The notes under the pieces: generated by a model
Seen by the model: only the letters and a program-made list of their open reading frames with translations
What the model was told of the DNA's origin: nothing
The model's database searches: none
Program-made: the position numbers and the translations under genes
Assembly (NCBI GenBank): GCA_963779615.1
Contig: CAVZZA010000001.1
Span: 512,001-576,000 of the forward strand
DNA length: 64,000 bases
Reading direction: 5' to 3'
Source of the DNA: an uncultured Nitrososphaeraceae archaeon
GTDB taxonomy: Archaea; Thermoproteota; Nitrososphaeria; Nitrososphaerales; Nitrososphaeraceae
In this document: in pieces, positions 29,700 through 40,426 of the stretch
Layout: every line of letters begins with the position of its first letter
Numbering within the stretch: the first letter of the stretch is position 1

Positions 29700-30734
29700 A
29701 TGGTGGAATGTGTCATATATTTACGACCTAAAAGTAGCCATAAATTTTTTATCACACTCTCCATATTTTCTTTTATAGTTCTTGTTATAGGAAATATTGG
29801 ATTTAGTGGAAAAGAAATAAATTCTGCATACGCAATAAATAAATCTCTTTCTGTTATCACTTCTGTATCGCCTATCACCAATATAGTAAAGAATGTGGGT
29901 GGTGATAAAATAAATTTGATAGGCATAGTGCCGGAGGGTGTAAATTCACACACTTTTGAATTGGTTCCCTCAGATCAAATAAAATTAAATAATGCAGATC
30001 TTGTGATTGTAAATGGACTATCTCTTGAGGAAAATATTGAAAAAACTGTTAATGAAATATTGAAAAAAAATCCAAACATTCAATTGTTAAAACTGGGTGA
30101 TAATACCATTAATTCTGCAGATTGGGTTTTTGATTTTAGCTTTCCAAAAGAAAAGGGCCATCCCAATCCTCATCTGTGGTTGAATGTTGCCTATGCAATG
30201 GAATTTGCTAATTTGACCCGTGATAAATTGATAGAAATGGATCCAAATAATGCTGCTTATTATACCGATAATGCAAAAAAATACCATAGTTTATTGAAAC
30301 AATTAGATAAAGGAATAATGGATTCTGTACAAACCATACCTCCAGAAAACAGAAAACTTTTAACATATCATGACTCCTGGGCCTATTTTGCACCACGATA
30401 TAACATGACAGTGATAGGCGCTATTCAACCTTCAGATTTCTCAGAACCATCTCCCCTTGATGTAGCGAAATTAATAGATCAGATAAAACAAGAAAAAGTG
30501 CCTGCGATTTTTGGATCCGAAGTATTTTCAAACAAAATTATAGATCAAATAGCTAAGGAATCTCATGTTGCCATTGTTCAAACCCTACGTGACGACGCAC
30601 TGCCTGGTAACCCAAACGATAAGAATCATACCTATGTGGGTATGATGATTGATAACATGAAAAACATGATAATACCTCTAGGGGGAAATATTGATAAACT
30701 GCTTTCATTAGATCCTGGAAATACATTTAATTGA
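29700..30734 (+). CDS. Metal ABC transporter substrate-binding protein (cluster A-I, ZnuA/TroA family)
   Basis: NSHTFE, NGLSLE, NPHLWL and TYHDSWAYF motifs. Confidence 0.92.
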   Translation: MVECVIYLRPKSSHKFFITLSIFSFIVLVIGNIGFSGKEINSAYAINKSLSVITSVSPITNIVKNVGGDKINLIGIVPEGVNSHTFELVPSDQIKLNNADLVIVNGLSLEENIEKTVNEILKKNPNIQLLKLGDNTINSADWVFDFSFPKEKGHPNPHLWLNVAYAMEFANLTRDKLIEMDPNNAAYYTDNAKKYHSLLKQLDKGIMDSVQTIPPENRKLLTYHDSWAYFAPRYNMTVIGAIQPSDFSEPSPLDVAKLIDQIKQEKVPAIFGSEVFSNKIIDQIAKESHVAIVQTLRDDALPGNPNDKNHTYVGMMIDNMKNMIIPLGGNIDKLLSLDPGNTFN

Positions 30735-30783
30735 TTTTCGGATACTTTTCTTTTTTTTAAAATGTTAAATAGAAATCATTGGT

Positions 30784-31557
30784 TTGTACCTATGGATATT
30801 GAGTTCTTTCAGTTTGTTAAAGTTGATCAATGTGTCATTTGGTTTTTCATATCATGATTATGTTGTTGAGGGTGTTAATTTGACTATTCCAAAAGGACGT
30901 TTTGTATCCATTGTAGGCCCGAGCGGAGCCGGCAAAACCACCTTATTGAAAATTATCTCTGGTATCCATGAGCCTTGGCATGGTGATGTTGAGTTTATGG
31001 ATAACGATGGTATTCATTTATATAATATTCCATCAATTGGGTATGTTCCTCAAATAGAAACAATAGATTGGAGTTTCCCTGTTTCTGTCCAAGAAGTATT
31101 AGCTATGGGCTCTTGGAATTATAAAAGTTATTTGCCATGGATTGATAAAAAATTAAAACAACAGATTAAAGATATTTTAAAAATTCTTGGTTTAAATGGC
31201 TATGGCAGCAGACATATTCGGGAGTTATCTGGAGGAGAGCAACAACGGGTTTTTCTAGGTAGGGCATTGATAAGAAATCCCGAAATTCTTATTTTGGATG
31301 AACCTACTACAGGACTCGATTACGTATCCAGGGAAAAAATTTTTGAAATTCTAAAAAATTTAAATAATAATGGGATGACAATTATCTTGTCTACTCATGA
31401 TATAATTCATATTGCAAAAAGATCTCAATGGGTTGTCTGCTTTAACAAGACTATGATTTCGGAAGGGTATCCTCGTGATGTTCTTGAAGAAACAACACTT
31501 TTAAAAACATTTGGGCTTCCAGATTATAGAGCACTAACTCGTGAAGATCATGACTGA
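30784..31557 (+). CDS. Metal ABC transporter ATP-binding protein
   Basis: GPSGAGKT, IGYVPQ, LSGGEQQR and ILDEPT motifs. Confidence 0.92.
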   Translation: MYLWILSSFSLLKLINVSFGFSYHDYVVEGVNLTIPKGRFVSIVGPSGAGKTTLLKIISGIHEPWHGDVEFMDNDGIHLYNIPSIGYVPQIETIDWSFPVSVQEVLAMGSWNYKSYLPWIDKKLKQQIKDILKILGLNGYGSRHIRELSGGEQQRVFLGRALIRNPEILILDEPTTGLDYVSREKIFEILKNLNNNGMTIILSTHDIIHIAKRSQWVVCFNKTMISEGYPRDVLEETTLLKTFGLPDYRALTREDHD

Positions 31558-32440
31558 TTTTCTTTTACCATTTCAATATGAGTTTTTTATAAAGGGTATT
31601 ATTGTATCGGTTTTACTTGGTGGCATGTGTGGTTTAGTTGGTGTGTACGTAGTACTAAGAGGTTTGGCCTATGTTGGACATGGTCTTTCCCATGCAGCCT
31701 TCGGTGGTGCCATCATAAGCAACATTGGAGGTTTGAATTTTTATGTTGGAGCAATTTTATGGAGTTATCTAGCTTCATTTGTTATACATGAGATTAGTAA
31801 AAGAAATAAAATCAAACCTGATGCTGCAATAGGCCTTGTGACCACAGCAATTTTTGCCTTCGGTGTCTTGTTGGTGAGCATGACAGACCGCTATACCAGA
31901 AATTTCGAATCTCTGTTATTTGGAAACATTTTGTCTATAACTGACCAAGATCTTTACATAATTATCTCTGTAACAATATCCGCTGGGTTTTTCTTTTTCT
32001 TATTTCATAAACGATTAGTCTTTACATTTTTTGACAATGAAAGTGCAAAGATTAGTGGGATAAAAACATATTATGTGGAATTGTTATTTTCGTTTGTTTT
32101 AGCAACGGTTATTATAGCCTCAATGTCTTCTATCGGTGTAACACTCCTTGCGGCAGTGATAGTTGGACCGGCAATATCTGCAAGAATACTTTCAAATAAT
32201 TTTACTAGTGTCATATTGTTATCTATCATTATAGGAATAGTTGCCTCGTTTTCTGGAATGTATTTTAGCTTTTTCTTGGATTCTTCATCAGGACCCACCA
32301 TTGTTATGTTTGTAACTTTAGGATTTGGATTAGCTGTTTTTTACGCTACTTTAAGAAAAATATATCACTCCCACAGTCATGGTGATTTAACTCATTCTCA
32401 TACCCACATGCATACGGACGAACATAGGCATAGTCATTAA
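31541..32440 (+). CDS. Metal ABC transporter permease with His-rich C-terminal tail
   Basis: GHGLSHAAFGG, LLFGNIL, GPTIV and the tail HSHSHGDLTHSHTHMHTDEHRHSH. Confidence 0.92.
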   Translation: MKIMTDFLLPFQYEFFIKGIIVSVLLGGMCGLVGVYVVLRGLAYVGHGLSHAAFGGAIISNIGGLNFYVGAILWSYLASFVIHEISKRNKIKPDAAIGLVTTAIFAFGVLLVSMTDRYTRNFESLLFGNILSITDQDLYIIISVTISAGFFFFLFHKRLVFTFFDNESAKISGIKTYYVELLFSFVLATVIIASMSSIGVTLLAAVIVGPAISARILSNNFTSVILLSIIIGIVASFSGMYFSFFLDSSSGPTIVMFVTLGFGLAVFYATLRKIYHSHSHGDLTHSHTHMHTDEHRHSH

Positions 32441-32896
32441 ATTTTTTTTCTAGGATGTTTTATTAAAGTGAAACCTCAATAATGGATTAATAACTAATCT
32501 GGATAATGATATTTTGTATTAGATTCCATTATTTACCAAATAACCAAAGATGAAATTAATCTTTTTTTTTATATCTATGTCAAATTTATGTAGATTATTG
32601 TCTTTTTGCTCCGCTTAGAATTGAATGTCATTAAAGTTTCAAAGAAGCTAGGTTTTTAAGTTTTGGAAATATCTGGTATGTTAATTTAAACTCAAACTAA
32701 TAAAAAATACTCCTAATTTATTTGGAATTATCCATATCCCAAATTATAAATTGAACAATCATACTTAAGCTAACACGCCCATATTGTTATTGTTACTATT
32801 TTTGTTTGATTATGATAAATTATAATTAATGCGCCTGCTGTTAAGACAGGAAAAAATTTAAATTAAATATTTGAGAGAATGACTATCTTCGGTTTT

Positions 32897-34135
32897 TCAT
32901 TTTGCTAGTTTCTCCAAGCTTTTAAAAAACGTGAATCCTGCAAAAGTCATTCCAGCCAGGACCTGTGAAAAGAAATCGTTTTCGTATAAATTAACTGATA
33001 TGTTTCTTCCTCCTGTTTTTAATGATTTCAAGTATGTGTTTTTTGCAAATTCATCAATCATTTTTGCTATATCCCCGCTAACTACCAGATTGTTTAATAA
33101 ACCCACATATTCATTATTTCCTACGGATAGAATCTGGGCCTTTATTTCATAATCAAATCTTTCCTTTGATTCTGTTTTGTTGATATAATGGTCAGAAATA
33201 TGATCTGCTAAATAACGTGCTTGCCTTACAGCAATTTGTGCCAAAGGTGGGTATAAAGCCCCCTTTGAATCTTTCATCGCAGCTATGTCTCCTATAGAAT
33301 AGATGTTTTCATATTGATTGGTCTTACAGTATTCATTAACTATTATTCTCCCATCGTTAGTTTTTTCAACCGACGGCTCGATGTCTATATTAAATCCTTT
33401 TACTCCTGCTGTCCAAATTATTAGTGATGAATTAATTTGTAAGCCGTCTTTGAGAAACAATGTATTTTGGTCTACCCGTTCCACCAGTGAATTGTGAAAA
33501 ATTCTTATGCCTTTTTTCTTTAAGATGTCTTCAATTCTGTTTTTAACCCTAATATCCCATCCATAAAGTATTGTTGAGGTCGCCTCAATAATATTTACTT
33601 TGACATTGTCTTTATTTTTTGACAGGTTTATCATTTCCGCCAAAGCACTTCCAAGACTTATCCCTGTGGCGCCTGCTCCGACAATTACAATGTTTTGTTT
33701 TTTTTCTTCTTTAACTATTTTTGAAATATGGTCGTAAATAATTGAAGCATCATAGATAGATCTGAGAGGTAGGGTGTATTTGTCTGCTCCGGGAATATTA
33801 AAATATTTAGTAGACGATCCTAGACAGACAATCAATTCGTCATATTTTATTTCTTCAGAATCTAGTATTATTGTCCTCTTATCCGGTATTATTTTTTTTA
33901 CGTTTGATTGGATAAATTTTATTTTTTTTCCGTAAATTAGTGATGATATTGGAATTTTTAATTGCTCTTCTGTCCTAAAGCCTGAAGCGACCAAATGAAT
34001 CTCTTGCATTAATTGATGGTAATCGTTTCTATCTACCAATATTATTTCAGCTAAATCCTTTAATTTGGACGAAAGATTTGTACAAAGAAATATTCCTGCA
34101 TATCCTGCACCAAGAACCACTATTTTAGCACCCAT
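32897..34135 (-). CDS. NDH-2-like NAD(P)/FAD-dependent oxidoreductase
   Basis: VVLGAGYAG, VIVGAGATG, WTAGV, YSIGDIA and PPLAQIAVRQA motifs. Confidence 0.88.
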   Translation of the reverse strand: MGAKIVVLGAGYAGIFLCTNLSSKLKDLAEIILVDRNDYHQLMQEIHLVASGFRTEEQLKIPISSLIYGKKIKFIQSNVKKIIPDKRTIILDSEEIKYDELIVCLGSSTKYFNIPGADKYTLPLRSIYDASIIYDHISKIVKEEKKQNIVIVGAGATGISLGSALAEMINLSKNKDNVKVNIIEATSTILYGWDIRVKNRIEDILKKKGIRIFHNSLVERVDQNTLFLKDGLQINSSLIIWTAGVKGFNIDIEPSVEKTNDGRIIVNEYCKTNQYENIYSIGDIAAMKDSKGALYPPLAQIAVRQARYLADHISDHYINKTESKERFDYEIKAQILSVGNNEYVGLLNNLVVSGDIAKMIDEFAKNTYLKSLKTGGRNISVNLYENDFFSQVLAGMTFAGFTFFKSLEKLAK

Positions 34136-34170
34136 TTTACTTCACCTTTCTCCTCAACTTTTTGTCTCTT

Positions 34171-35472
34171 TCATTGATTACCATTTTTTTTTAATTTAAC
34201 TTTTTTTATTGTGTATTCTATCGATAAAAATGACACTATTGAGATGGCCATACTTGGTATGGTCGAGCCTATATTCAAATTTTCATGATGAATTGGTGAA
34301 ATTGGTGAAATGATAAAATAGGTTAGGCTTCCTATCAGGAATGAAAAAAAGGCGGAAACTTTAAACTTTGCACATTTGTCATAAAATGCATCGATTGATA
34401 CCCTCCCTTTTTTTATTATGTAATAGTCGATTAGTACTATGGCAAATAAGGGCGCAAACAATGCACCTATTACAAGTAAAAATGATTCATATTGATTTAT
34501 GGGTATTATATTTGATAATATGCAACTTAATGCTGTAAATATTATTACAAGGTACCTGTAGTTTATTTTATTAAAAATGTTTTTAAAAGACATTGCAGAT
34601 GAAAAAATATTTGCAAAAACATTGTCTATTTCATCAACAATTAATATCAATAGGATAAACCCAAAAAAGAAAGACTGAATGGCAAATAATATTTCAAAAA
34701 CATCATTTATTCCTAATAATACGCCAATTATATAAAAAAGAGTATTAGTTATTGAAAACCCAATAAATGTTCCTAAAAAAGCATTTTTGCTTTTGTGAGC
34801 AAATCTGTTATAATCTGCCACGAGGGGTAACCATGACAGTGGCATGGCAATCACCAGGTCTAATGAGCTAAAAAAATCAAAGTTGTTAGGTTTGATATCT
34901 ATTAGATTAGCATTGTGATGGCCGCTAAATGCTATTAAATTCACTAGCATAATTACTGTTGAACCATAAACAACCCAAACGGCAAATTTGTTGAGCCATT
35001 GTTTTATAACTTTCAGAGGGCCTGAAATGCCAAAAACAATTATGATTATCCCGAAAATAATCGACCAAATATAAAAGTCAATAAATCCTTGGGTAAAAAT
35101 ACTAGCGGCCTTGGATAGTATTGTTATTTCAAATGTGGCCCATCCTGTCAACTGAAGTATGTTGAGGACAGTAAGTAAATACGATCCATAGATGCCAAAT
35201 GCAGGTCTCATACTCACTACTGATGGGATTGAATGATCACTGCCGATTTTTCCTGCCATCGCTAGTAGAATAGAGCCTACAATAGACCCTAGTACTATTA
35301 CGAATAACGCACCTAAAATATTCGATGTGTAAATGAAAGATCCTGCTGATATTACTAATAATCCTACTCCCAAACTGGACCAAAGGACAAAGAAATCTTT
35401 TCCAGTTAGTATTTTATTTTTTTTATCTATGGGGTTTATTCCTATATCTGAGTCATGCTTGGGAAATTTCAT
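34171..35472 (-). CDS. NCS1-family permease (CytX-like hydroxymethylpyrimidine/cytosine transporter)
   Basis: Multi-TM protein with LNILQLTGWATFE and AMPLSWLPLVADYNRF motifs. Confidence 0.85.
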   Translation of the reverse strand: MKFPKHDSDIGINPIDKKNKILTGKDFFVLWSSLGVGLLVISAGSFIYTSNILGALFVIVLGSIVGSILLAMAGKIGSDHSIPSVVSMRPAFGIYGSYLLTVLNILQLTGWATFEITILSKAASIFTQGFIDFYIWSIIFGIIIIVFGISGPLKVIKQWLNKFAVWVVYGSTVIMLVNLIAFSGHHNANLIDIKPNNFDFFSSLDLVIAMPLSWLPLVADYNRFAHKSKNAFLGTFIGFSITNTLFYIIGVLLGINDVFEILFAIQSFFFGFILLILIVDEIDNVFANIFSSAMSFKNIFNKINYRYLVIIFTALSCILSNIIPINQYESFLLVIGALFAPLFAIVLIDYYIIKKGRVSIDAFYDKCAKFKVSAFFSFLIGSLTYFIISPISPIHHENLNIGSTIPSMAISIVSFLSIEYTIKKVKLKKNGNQ

Positions 35473-35560
35473 TACACGCGTAAACCTGATCTCACTTATT
35501 CAGTCTGTAGGTAAGATATATTTTTTCATCTAAAACGTTGTTTATCGTATACATCATGTT

Positions 35561-36145
35561 GTGAATCCCATAAATTTAAATTTGTTTTTATACACGGTTT
35601 TATATATCATGTCCTTTGGAGTAGATACACTTGGCGGTTTAATAGAGAAACTAAAACAATTGGTTACTGAAACTCAAGATCAGTATGAATCTTTTTATGA
35701 TGACACCCAATTATTCAAACAAGGTAAAATAGACAACAAGGAATATTTTTCAAAGATTGGCGAATTTCTTGTATCATCCTCAGCATTAAATTTTCTAGCA
35801 TGTCGTATTATTCTTGAAATAAAAACTGTTCTTGATAAGGGCACGTCAAGAAAAAGCTCTTTTGGCGATTCTCCTCATTCAATTTCCGCATCGCCATCTG
35901 GATTAGGCAGTGGAGGTGGAGGTAGCGGTATTGATAGCTTTGCCTCAGGGGGCCCCGATAGTTCTTTAAATAAGGGATATGATTTGCCTAAACCACAAGA
36001 AGCCCCGCATTCCTTTAAACCTGTTGATATTGTGATCTCAAAACCGGACTCTCCCACAATCAAAGAGCAAAAAAACTGCATCGTATGTGCCTCATCAATT
36101 CCAAAACATGCAAAGTTTTGTAATAAATGCGGTAATTCCCAATAA
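35561..36145 (+). CDS. Hypothetical protein with C-terminal zinc ribbon
   Basis: CIVC...AKFCNKCG; start possibly ATG 35609. Confidence 0.75.
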   Translation: MNPINLNLFLYTVLYIMSFGVDTLGGLIEKLKQLVTETQDQYESFYDDTQLFKQGKIDNKEYFSKIGEFLVSSSALNFLACRIILEIKTVLDKGTSRKSSFGDSPHSISASPSGLGSGGGGSGIDSFASGGPDSSLNKGYDLPKPQEAPHSFKPVDIVISKPDSPTIKEQKNCIVCASSIPKHAKFCNKCGNSQ

Positions 36146-36175
36146 TTAATATACGCTTTTTTTTATTTTAATAGT

Positions 36176-36577
36176 ATGAAGATCTTTAACGGACGCCTAG
36201 CCACCGATGAGTACATGTCAACTCATTCTCTTACTTTTTCTACCCCTGAAATGACCTTGAAAAAATTTGCTTTATGGTTGGGCGAGCAAGTGAATGATCC
36301 TAAAACAAATATTTCTACCCCTCGCCTGCTTTCATACATTGAAGATAGAAAAGAAAATCGTCAATCATCCTCGAGTTCTACCAGCAAATCTGATTTTCTC
36401 CCCGATGTAGACGAGACTTTTAAGCCCACTGGAGCCATATCTGGTCTATATGGAGAAAATACTGCCAATAAACCTTCTTCTACCCCTGACATTGAAAAAA
36501 AATACTGTATAATCTGCGGCGCCGACATCAAGCCGGCTTCTAAATTTTGCAATAAATGCGGTGGCATTCAAGAATAA
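36176..36577 (+). CDS. Hypothetical protein with C-terminal zinc ribbon
   Basis: YCIICGADI...SKFCNKCG motif. Confidence 0.75.
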   Translation: MKIFNGRLATDEYMSTHSLTFSTPEMTLKKFALWLGEQVNDPKTNISTPRLLSYIEDRKENRQSSSSSTSKSDFLPDVDETFKPTGAISGLYGENTANKPSSTPDIEKKYCIICGADIKPASKFCNKCGGIQE

Positions 36578-36800
36578 AGTTCAATGTTTCTACAGAAATA
36601 ATTTTATTTTAATTTTGTGTAATAGTACAATACTTAAAAAACGATGTACAATAATACGTTATAGAATAAAATTTGCTTTTTTTTATCTATGTCAATTTCA
36701 ATTTCTGATTCTTTTATTAATATTGTTTGCATGATAATTCCATTATTGGATTGTAAATAGATTACATTATATTGATGAATATACACCATAGTTAAAATAA

Positions 36801-37340
36801 TTGACAAGAGTCTTTTCATTTTTATTTTCATTTGTTTCACTATGGATAGGCTTGTCGGCTGTTTTGTCTCACTTGGTTTTCATATATGACCTTAATTATT
36901 CGTTTTATTATGTAGTTTGGATATCTGCTTTCATTTTTTCCTTGCTGATTTTTTTTAAACCTCTTTCATCTGCACGAAAATCACTTCGAGAACGATTTTC
37001 TAGGAGTGTTTCCTGGCCGCATTTTGTTAAATTGATAAACGGTCTTACATGGGCTCTGCCTTTTACTTTAATTCCCTTTTTTCAAAAAGATTATCCATTT
37101 CTATTGCTTACAGGATTATCTTCAGGTAACATCTCTACCTTTATTTTTCTTAGACGGTATTCTCAAATCCATAGCATTGAACAGATAGTTACGGGCTCTG
37201 CCTTATTGATATCATTGTTTTGTATATTAATTTTGTATCATGGCTATTTAGTTGATTATGAGTCAATCTTGTTTGCCTCTCGAATTCTTATTTCTTTATC
37301 TTATGGCTTGGGAGGGATTGTTGGCTATATGAGGAACTAG
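36801..37340 (+). CDS. Hypothetical membrane protein
   Basis: About six hydrophobic segments. Confidence 0.65.
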   Translation: MTRVFSFLFSFVSLWIGLSAVLSHLVFIYDLNYSFYYVVWISAFIFSLLIFFKPLSSARKSLRERFSRSVSWPHFVKLINGLTWALPFTLIPFFQKDYPFLLLTGLSSGNISTFIFLRRYSQIHSIEQIVTGSALLISLFCILILYHGYLVDYESILFASRILISLSYGLGGIVGYMRN

Positions 37341-37393
37341 AAAAAGAATTAATAGTCATATTTACATAATTGAATTTCTTCTAATTATTATCT

Positions 37394-38128
37394 TTGATAA
37401 AAAAGCCTGGCTCATTGAATAATTACACAGAAGCTGTTTGTATTTTTAGTGGCGGAATGGATTCTGTCAGTACCGCTTCTTATCTAAAAAAATTGGGGCT
37501 GGACATCCACCTAATTTCTTTTAACTATGGCCAAAAGGCCTCTATCGAATTGAATATCGCAAAAAAGTTTTCAAAGCTATTGAAAAGTAAAGAACATAAA
37601 ATAATAGATATATCATTTCTAAAAACGTTGTATGGAAATACTAATGCTTTAACCAATCCTAAATCTAAAATACCTAATACTTTTGACTATAGTATTGTTG
37701 TTCCATTGCGCAATACCATTTTTATCACTCTTGCTTCAGTATGGGCGATATCTTTGAAAATTCCACTAATAGTGTATGGTGCACATTCTGGAGATACGAA
37801 ATATCCTGATTGCCGCCCTTCTTTTGTTAAATCTTTGGAAAACACCTTAACTCTATCCGAAATAGATGGGATAGAATTGGGATTGCAAAAAAAAATAAAT
37901 ATTTGGTCCCCTGCAATGGATAATTTGGATAAATCCGCATTGCTTTTGATTGGATATGAACTTTTAGGCGACAAACTTTTTCAATCTTGGAGTTGCTATT
38001 GTGGAAGTGACAATAACAAAGCAAGTAAAGTTAAATCTCATTGTGGCAAGTGTGAGTCTTGTGTGAATAGAAAAAACGCAATAATGAAATCTGGTTTAGC
38101 GGATAAAACTAATTATGCGGAAATTTAA
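37394..38128 (+). CDS. queC: 7-cyano-7-deazaguanine synthase (archaeosine pathway)
   Basis: FSGGMDS, FNYGQ, VVPLRN, YPDCRP and SWSCY...HCGKCESC motifs. Confidence 0.95.
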   Translation: MIKKPGSLNNYTEAVCIFSGGMDSVSTASYLKKLGLDIHLISFNYGQKASIELNIAKKFSKLLKSKEHKIIDISFLKTLYGNTNALTNPKSKIPNTFDYSIVVPLRNTIFITLASVWAISLKIPLIVYGAHSGDTKYPDCRPSFVKSLENTLTLSEIDGIELGLQKKINIWSPAMDNLDKSALLLIGYELLGDKLFQSWSCYCGSDNNKASKVKSHCGKCESCVNRKNAIMKSGLADKTNYAEI

Positions 38129-38376
38129 ATTGAATTTAAAATAATTGTGAAATTATTAAGTTTTATGTTTACCATAAAATATCATTGCTGAGATATAGAA
38201 TATTCTATTTCATTTAAAGGAAGTAATGTCATTACACTTGGAGGATCGACCTAATTCGCCAATATAGTTTGTTCAATGTATTTATTACAACACCAAATGG
38301 TATACTGTGCTATTATTTTAAAACACCATTTTTTTTTGAATAACTTTAATAATCTTGTATTAACTCAAATAAACAT

Positions 38377-38973
38377 ATGAATTCTCAAACAATTTTGATT
38401 TCATTATGCTTGGTAATACTAATTTTTATAGCATCCATCATTACAATCAGTTTTACAATTGGAGATATGAAAAATGTTTTTGATCAATCGTTAAAGTTGG
38501 ACTCTGAACTTTACAAACGAATCTCTGTAGGGACTAATTATGTATATCAAACAGATACTAGTAAATTTATGCAACCAATATTACTTAACGGCTTAAACTT
38601 CAGTCAGAATCAATTTCTCTTGATGTATGATTCTACGCCATATGCAAGTAAAGGACATATTGCAATGAGTGTACCGTGCGATAAAGACAATCCTTCACAA
38701 TCGATGTTTCAAGTCCTTGAAGGTAGAGCCCCAGATTTATTCCCAGTGCCCTTGGGATACATAAAAGATATTTCATCAGTACCCACAATGTGTGTGTATC
38801 ACGGTCAATATGGATTTGGAGACCCAGTCACAGATCTAGCGTTAAAATATGTTGGGGAAGGAAATGTGTCATTGAACGGACCCTATTCAGTGATAGTTTC
38901 TAAGCTAGAATCATACATTCCAAAACAAAAATCATTTGAAGAATTACAACATGCACAAATGGCGAATCCATAG
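38377..38973 (+). CDS. Hypothetical membrane-anchored/exported protein
   Basis: N-terminal TM helix; LMYDSTPY..KGHIAMSVPC...CVYH. Confidence 0.65.
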   Translation: MNSQTILISLCLVILIFIASIITISFTIGDMKNVFDQSLKLDSELYKRISVGTNYVYQTDTSKFMQPILLNGLNFSQNQFLLMYDSTPYASKGHIAMSVPCDKDNPSQSMFQVLEGRAPDLFPVPLGYIKDISSVPTMCVYHGQYGFGDPVTDLALKYVGEGNVSLNGPYSVIVSKLESYIPKQKSFEELQHAQMANP

Positions 38974-40147
38974 TTAGTGAATTAAAACCATTTTTAATTC
39001 TTTTTTGTGTTATAAGAACAAAGGCTATCAAAACATTCAAACAATTTAATTTTAGATTGTTTGAATGCATTTCCAATTCATCAAAGTCCTCAATCCTCAG
39101 GTATTCATATGATCCCATATTCTGAGCTTAAGGGGGTTTTAACTATCAGTATAGTATTTCACCGTTTAATATAATGGGTAATCACAGATACTTATCACAT
39201 TTTTTCCTTTTCTATCGGTAGTAAGGTATTTTTCCTTTTAGAAATAATTATTGTAAAAAACAACTTGCTTATCCAAAAAATGATTTAATTATGAGAAGAC
39301 CAGTGATGAACTTTTTAGGGATATATTGCCAGATTATTTTCCTTTCTCGTTGCTTCACTCACTTCGCCTATTTGCCGTTATTTACCATTTGTCAAATAGT
39401 GTTGATCTCTCTTCTATTGAGTTAAATATAAAACGCTTATTGTGAAAACCTACATAATCATTTTCAACTTTATCGGATTTGGGTATTACCGGTAAAATAA
39501 GAAACAACTTTTCATGAGTTTCATCAAACGGATAATTATTGAGTTTATTGATAAATTTATCAATAATCCAATTAAAGCTATTTATTAATGATTTCCATAT
39601 CAATAAAGAATTGTATTTTTAATGATTAATGCGTGTTAATACCATGTATATGGTGCTAATCTGTCTACAATGAGCCTTTAATACAATCCAAATCTTTTTT
39701 TTATTGCAAATTTGTTAAAGATGAACTTTAACTTAAATTTATAAGTGTTAATATTTTGGTTGGTAACGATTTATAGTGAATTAATAATATATACAAAATA
39801 AAACAAGTGAATAGTTTTTAATGATCGTGATCTGTAAAAAAAATACACATATGTTTTAATGATCTTTGGCATTCAAAAATATAATTACATTATTTCAATG
39901 CTTCGCATTTCAGCAAGTTATAAATTTAAATTTCAAATACGTGAATACTTAAAATACATATGGCGAAGTTGTAATTTTTTAATTTAGTTTTATATTCCCA
40001 CATGAACTATTTGATTAACATTAATTATGATACATGTTATCGAATTGTTTTTATTTTACATTGTTAGAATTATAAATTCAGGTTTTTAGATTATTTATAA
40101 AAAGATAAGGCTTATAATAAAGATCAATTCCTATAGGTAAAATAAGT

Positions 40148-40420
40148 ATGGTGAACACAATCTTTCGGGTACAGTCGCACAAATTCAGTCAAGAAAATAT
40201 ACAAACTACTCTAGTTTGTTCAAATTGTGATGAAGTTTTCACCAAAGAATTTTTATTGGATCTTGAAGGTCAAACAATCGAATTTAAGTGTCCTGTATGT
40301 GGAAATTTGGGTGAAGCTGATATTCCCTATAAGACTGCGGAAGAACGAGAAGAATTCGAAGAAGATTTTGATGAAATAACGGAAGAAGAGAGTGGCGATG
40401 AATTCGAAGAAGATTTTTAA
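40148..40420 (+). CDS. Small zinc-ribbon protein with acidic tail
   Basis: CSNC...CPVCG followed by an E/D-rich C-terminus. Confidence 0.7.
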   Translation: MVNTIFRVQSHKFSQENIQTTLVCSNCDEVFTKEFLLDLEGQTIEFKCPVCGNLGEADIPYKTAEEREEFEEDFDEITEEESGDEFEEDF

Positions 40421-40426
40421 TTGGAT

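Noticed and set aside
14996-32890. Urease region as a tRNA-Pro-integrated genomic island
   Set aside because: I found no integrase and no duplicate of the tRNA-Pro 3' end, and the composition matches the host.
35431-35515. TPP-riboswitch-like words (GGGG...CTGAG...AACCTGATC...GTAGG) at the start of the CytX-like permease
   Set aside because: They lie on the strand antisense to the permease and half are its coding sequence (MKFPKHDSDIGINP). The P2 partner (ACCC) and the TAAT P5 loop are missing. An RF00059 scan would settle it.
38974-40147. 1.2-kb AT-rich gap near rfcS/GINS/mcm as a possible oriC
   Set aside because: There is no cdc6/orc1 gene adjacent and I see no repeated ORB-like motifs. 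The short ORFs here look spurious or decayed.
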